The notes beneath the pieces are model-generated. The model was not told the DNA's origin and did no database searches. It saw only the letters and a program-made list of their open reading frames with translations. Positions 59,705-64,000 of a DNA stretch of 64,000 nt are shown here, one piece after another (position 1 is the stretch's first letter; each line of letters opens with the position of its first letter). Made by a program: the position numbers and the translations under genes. The stretch comes from a virus. Location of the stretch: IMG/VR virus record IMGVR_UViG_3300033141_004448, positions 2,637 through 66,636 of that record. One strand, 5' to 3'.

Positions 59705-60189
59705 TGAATGGAAAATACCACTTGTTGATAAACACGATTGGTGGAGTATTTTTGTTTTTGTATTGTGTATTTGCGTATATTTTATCTATTTTATCACCAC
59801 TCCTTGACTATATTTTTCCGATATCCAATCAATCGTGGTCAGACACACCTGGTATAATATTTTCATTCATTGCTTCATTCGCGTGGTGTGATATAGATCA
59901 GCACGTGAGTTGGCTTACCCACAGAAATTGGTTTACACACTCCATACTTATTTCCATACCGCTTTTATTCATACCATTATGGTGGTGGCAATTCACGGCA
60001 GGCGTGTTTACTTTCTTCGTGGGCTTACACTTAGTTTGCGACTGCATAAAAGATCCGAAGAAGCAGAAAGGGTACTGGAACGTGGCAATAACAAAGAAAA
60101 AACGGATGAATAGGTGGCAATCTTTATTATGGCTAGAAATAAATGGATGGGTAGGAATTATACTAGGATTGATGGTGATGTTAATATGA
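59704..60189 (+). CDS. YdjM-like membrane metal-dependent hydrolase
   Basis: H near N-terminus, CDID, HRNWFTHS, HLVCD; several TM segments. Confidence 0.75.
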   Translation: MNGKYHLLINTIGGVFLFLYCVFAYILSILSPLLDYIFPISNQSWSDTPGIIFSFIASFAWCDIDQHVSWLTHRNWFTHSILISIPLLFIPLWWWQFTAGVFTFFVGLHLVCDCIKDPKKQKGYWNVAITKKKRMNRWQSLLWLEINGWVGIILGLMVMLI

Positions 60190-60275
60190 TTTTTTTAGTG
60201 GAATTCAGAAATTAAAAATGAAAGAATTATGGGATAACGAAGAAGATAATATATGAGAAGGAGAATGTTATTATT

Positions 60276-60479
60276 ATGAAAGAAAAAAAATATAAAATAC
60301 ATCACGATAAAACGCGGAAATTACAAAAAAGAGAAGTTGGCGAAATAAAAATAAGTGATGGAAAAGTAGAATATGAAAAAATGATTAAACGACTACAAAA
60401 GATAGGTCATTTTGATGAAAATGAAAATCTTACAGAGAAGGGCAAACAATATGTATTAAAAATTCTAAAAGAAAGATGA
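60276..60479 (+). CDS. Small hypothetical protein (wHTH-like end)
   Basis: LQKIG...LTEKG. Confidence 0.45.
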   Translation: MKEKKYKIHHDKTRKLQKREVGEIKISDGKVEYEKMIKRLQKIGHFDENENLTEKGKQYVLKILKER

Positions 60480-60488
60480 GGTGATCGA

Positions 60489-60686
60489 ATGGAAGAAGCA
60501 GTAAAACGAGTAAAATGTCCATTATGCAAAAATGAATACTTTAGCAAACGTAAAGTAGGAACTATTTTAAATTTAATATATAATCATAATGATCCCGAGT
60601 TATTTGATGTTAAATTTATATGGACTTGCGAAAAATGTAAAAGGGAATGGTTATTAGAAGAAATCGCAATAGTAGATAAAAAATAA
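60489..60686 (+). CDS. Small zinc-ribbon protein
   Basis: GAGGTGAT RBS; CPLC...CEKC. Confidence 0.6.
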   Translation: MEEAVKRVKCPLCKNEYFSKRKVGTILNLIYNHNDPELFDVKFIWTCEKCKREWLLEEIAIVDKK

Positions 60687-60694
60687 AATAAAGC

Positions 60695-61072
60695 GTGAAG
60701 AATATGGTCGTAACAGAGAAAGCAACAATTTCGGCTGAAGAGTGGCGAAAACAGATAAACTATAAACGCACGGACGGGTGGCGTGTTATAGCTGAACGTG
60801 GTAATGGTAACGTTGCAATTGAGAAAGACACGCGAACGCGTGATGACAACACCTCAATGACAATGCGTGATCGACACGACAAATATCGAAGGAAAGTAAA
60901 AGTCGAAAAGGATTATACTTACCTTCACAAGCACGCAATACCAAAATCATTGACCTCCTCAGACTATGATGATATTTACAAAACTGGTCGCGATAGAAGA
61001 AAACAATATTACCCACGATTTGAAGAAGAGAAAGAAGGGAGTGGATTTACCCGTGATGGAAGCTACGATTAA
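60695..61072 (+). CDS. Hypothetical charged protein
   Basis: 125-aa co-oriented ORF. Confidence 0.5.
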   Translation: MKNMVVTEKATISAEEWRKQINYKRTDGWRVIAERGNGNVAIEKDTRTRDDNTSMTMRDRHDKYRRKVKVEKDYTYLHKHAIPKSLTSSDYDDIYKTGRDRRKQYYPRFEEEKEGSGFTRDGSYD

Positions 61073-61712
61073 TTCGTATTTTACTTCAGAAATGGAAATT
61101 GAACGTTTCACAATGCCGTTTTTTCATTCCATTTTACCGCGTTACGTTTCTCCACATTATTGTAAGAATTGTATGCTATCACAAGAAACGTCCAATTCCA
61201 CTGAAATGGTATTAGAACACGAGTTAGAAAATCGTGGTACGGATTTCGGATTTTCACCCTCGAGAATTGGTGCGGAATCGGTAACGATCTTCCTAAATTC
61301 CGCAGAGCAGAGAGAAGATAGCACGAAAAATTCAATCTTGAACGCAAAAATTCAATTCTCTAAGGTAATAATTTTTTCACTACAAAAAATCAAATTTGAT
61401 CGCGAAGTCGAGAGTCGCGGTGAAGTTTTTTTTCATTTATTTCACTTTATTTTTGATATTAACAATAGTTTTATTTTCTGGCATTTTTTTCTTCACCAAG
61501 ACCGACAATCTCGCGACCACGATAAAGTGGAAAGGCGCGGTGGAAAGATTTTATTTTTAAAGTTCCCTGAAACCAAAAATATTCCCTCATTCTCCATTAT
61601 TTTTTATCTACCTAGCCCCACAAATATAGTGGCAACGGAGTCGAAAGGAGCGTTGTGGCGTTGTTTTTTTCTTTTTCATGATTCACCTGAGAGAAAATAG
61701 AGTCGTATTTTA

Positions 61713-62177
61713 TTGCCGCAACAATCCCGACAAACCGTGATAAAACTTTATGGTAAAGAATTATTTGATAAATACGGTAAAAGCGTTCCGTTATCCGATA
61801 ATAACAACGGGAATGGTAGCAGATATTGCGTGTGGTGCGGGAATGACATTAAAGACAAAAGGAAACGGAGATATTGCAGTAATAAATGTGAAAGGCAATT
61901 TAGACTTGAGTTCGCAAGAAGATACGATTGGAATTATATACGTAGAATGGTATTAAAGCAACGCGGATATAAGTGTGAGAATTGCGGGTCAAACGAAAAA
62001 ATCGAAATACACCATATAATACCACGGTGTAAAGGCGGTAGCAATGAACTGGAAAACCTACGCGTGTTGTGCCACAAATGCCACCGCAAAGAAACCGACA
62101 AACTGCTTCGCGAACGGCTATCAAAGAGGAGGACGGCGTCCGCGTTCGCGAGCGATTTACTATCTTTTTTGTTGTAA
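61713..62177 (+). CDS. HNH endonuclease with N-terminal zinc finger
   Basis: CVWC...YCSNKC; CENC...HHIIP..GGSNELENLRVLCHKCH. Confidence 0.85.
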   Translation: MPQQSRQTVIKLYGKELFDKYGKSVPLSDNNNGNGSRYCVWCGNDIKDKRKRRYCSNKCERQFRLEFARRYDWNYIRRMVLKQRGYKCENCGSNEKIEIHHIIPRCKGGSNELENLRVLCHKCHRKETDKLLRERLSKRRTASAFASDLLSFLL

Positions 62178-62405
62178 AAACATACATTATAACACGCGTG
62201 ATAATCATTCATGCAACAATAACATCCACGAATAATTATTATAATATCTATAACATCCAAAATATTCATGCCAACATATATGACATCCACCACCACCTTC
62301 CCACGCGAGAGTGATCGAGTTCTAAAAAGCATGCTTTGAAATGTAGAAGTAAAAAAAAGTTTTGGTTTGTGTGTGTATCCAGGCAGAGAAAAAAAAGAGA
62401 GAGGG

Positions 62406-62600
62406 TTATATATTCATCAATGTTTCGTGAAAGTCAATTATTTCCTGCTGAGTCTGAGCCCCTATAACAAAGGCGATTTCTGCCGCGTAATTCGTGCACC
62501 CTGCCAGATCTAGCGAAATGCTCCAATTGGCATAGAGATATTCGCCAGCACCATTCACGATTTGTTTCATTTCCCATAACGCTTTTTTCATTCTCAACAC
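62406..62600 (-). CDS. Hypothetical protein
   Basis: Coupled to 62594..62872; T-rich tract downstream. Confidence 0.4.
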   Translation of the reverse strand: MLRMKKALWEMKQIVNGAGEYLYANWSISLDLAGCTNYAAEIAFVIGAQTQQEIIDFHETLMNI

Positions 62601-62872
62601 TCCGTCATCAGTTTATAAAAATCGGTATTTTTACATTTTAGATATCCTAGGTATGAGATCGGAAACAAATTTACCCGCCACTTCGCATCAAAGTCCGCGG
62701 GTAATCTCTCAAGAGCTGCAACAAAACCACATGCGAACGTTCGCTTTGCAATGCTATTAATATCTGGTCTGCGACCATAATAAACACAAAAGATTTCATC
62801 TGAATGCTCTTCAACGTCTTTATTCCTGAACATTCTTCTGAGCCATTTTTTTTCCGATACCATAATAAACAC
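62594..62872 (-). CDS. Hypothetical protein
   Basis: AGGTG upstream of the internal Met. Confidence 0.45.
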   Translation of the reverse strand: MFIMVSEKKWLRRMFRNKDVEEHSDEIFCVYYGRRPDINSIAKRTFACGFVAALERLPADFDAKWRVNLFPISYLGYLKCKNTDFYKLMTEC

Positions 62873-63213
62873 CTATTGATATATAGTTCTCGGGAGGGTT
62901 AATAAAAACCTACTACTCCAGTGGAGATAATGAAGCAGAGAGAAGTTCTCCGCGAAATACCCTCCTGGCTTGACCGTGCAAAAATTGCTGGATCGCGATA
63001 ACCGTGACCTATATTTCCACTGTAGAATTATTATACACTCGCGAAATATTTTATGAGTTATACTTAACAGCCATACTTAACAGGCAAGCTCAAAAGAACG
63101 CAATACACGCCATTTATTCTAGCCCTGCATACAGATCTGTATTCCATATAGACGCTTATCTATATGAAAGATCGAGGGCGATGTATTATTATACTATAGC
63201 GTGAGTTATTATT

Positions 63214-63534
63214 ATGATGACAATTTTAGCAAAGCGTGATTACGATATTAATTATATTTGTGCTTTTTACAAGAGGAATTACCACAATTTTGTCATCAGT
63301 AAAGGTCTTCGCGAACCAATTTCCAGGATGAAGAGCGCGATTAATTCCATGCATGACTTGTCGCACTTCGAGAAGTTCAGCAATTCAGACATTATTCGCG
63401 TGGTAATAAAGCTTCGCGAGCAAAACAGAGAAATATTTGACGCTATCGTGAAGGAAATAATCAAAGAAAAGAAGATCAAGCTCGCGAGTAAACGTAAAGC
63501 GCGAAAGAAAAAAAAGAAAAGATTACGCATATAG
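63214..63534 (+). CDS. Hypothetical basic protein
   Basis: 106-aa ORF with Lys/Arg-rich tail. Confidence 0.45.
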   Translation: MMTILAKRDYDINYICAFYKRNYHNFVISKGLREPISRMKSAINSMHDLSHFEKFSNSDIIRVVIKLREQNREIFDAIVKEIIKEKKIKLASKRKARKKKKKRLRI

Positions 63535-64000
63535 TGTTATCCACATATTTATTAAATTATTTACAATCTCAAGTACCCTTTGATCCGATAGATTACCTCT
63601 AAAATGCTGAAGTATTTTCCAAGGGTTAGTATGTTCATTTAATACCAAAGTCCGAAGTTTTTCATCAAGTTCTTTAGTCTTCATTTTTTCACTTCCTTTC
63701 ACGGCAGGGCTGGCAACAACCCTGCCATAAAAAAAAGGGAGAGAAAGGGAATTAACAGGTGTGTTTCAACCTGTCCTTGCTATACCACCGCGAAGGACTA
63801 TAAGTCCTGTGGTATCTCGGATCATTTCTCCAAACTTGGTAATCTAGCTCGCGAAGAAAGAACGCAAGCTGACGGAGAAACAAACCAAAACCATTAAAGT
63901 TATTCAATTCCATTTTTACACATCCAAAACTTTGTTAAGCGTGTTGTATAAAACTTCGAGTGGATCAATACCTTTTTTCTCTTGTCTTAAGTACTCTTCT

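Noticed and set aside
60966-61700. 244-aa ORF
   Set aside because: Overlaps the previous gene, is Phe-rich from T tracts and has no motif; probably non-coding
61073-62177. HNH ORF with upstream non-coding region as IscB/HEARO-like RNA-guided system
   Set aside because: No RuvC motifs or PLMP N-terminus, and no convincing RNA structure visible
131-63530. Many short antisense or nested ORFs in the track
   Set aside because: They shadow well-supported genes on the opposite strand and lack RBS and motifs
63703-63726. GGCAGGG/CCCTGCC hairpin as an intrinsic terminator
   Set aside because: Followed by an A tract on the plus strand and only a short interrupted run on the minus strand; function unsupported
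1-64000. Integrase, att site, tRNA or rRNA genes
   Set aside because: None recognised by eye; provirus status cannot be decided from this window

Overview
AT-rich segment of a head-tailed archaeal virus with a contractile (myovirus-like) tail. Archaeal Shine-Dalgarno signals (GGTGA/GGAG), a PolB1-type polymerase, RadA/B-like, RPA-like, PriS-PriL and ERCC4 genes point to an archaeal host, tentatively TACK/Asgard. Layout: (1) 1-17 kb, minus strand: a Cas4-like nuclease, a ubiquitin-like protein and a sugar-modification island (six glycosyltransferases, NDP-sugar dehydrogenase, FemAB-like GNAT, radical SAM, two WbqC) invaded by two paralogous free-standing LAGLIDADG endonucleases; (2) 17-20 kb: divergent control region with GTGACAG repeats, RHH-like genes, a PIG-L deacetylase and an HNH/NucS-like pair; (3) 20.5-37.3 kb, plus strand: intein-containing GT4, then the tail/baseplate operon; (4) 37.4-46.3 kb: replication genes and a C5 methyltransferase; (5) 46.5-55.2 kb, minus strand: head module; (6) 55.3-61 kb: terminase, ERCC4 and small genes; (7) 61-64 kb: compositionally distinct TCGCGA-rich end. 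Best candidates for new biology are a virus-encoded virion O-glycosylation system, suggested by Thr-Gly enrichment in exposed virion proteins, and homing endonucleases that carry replacement gene ends. All calls come from motif reading and gene context; no database searches were run, and counts are by hand.
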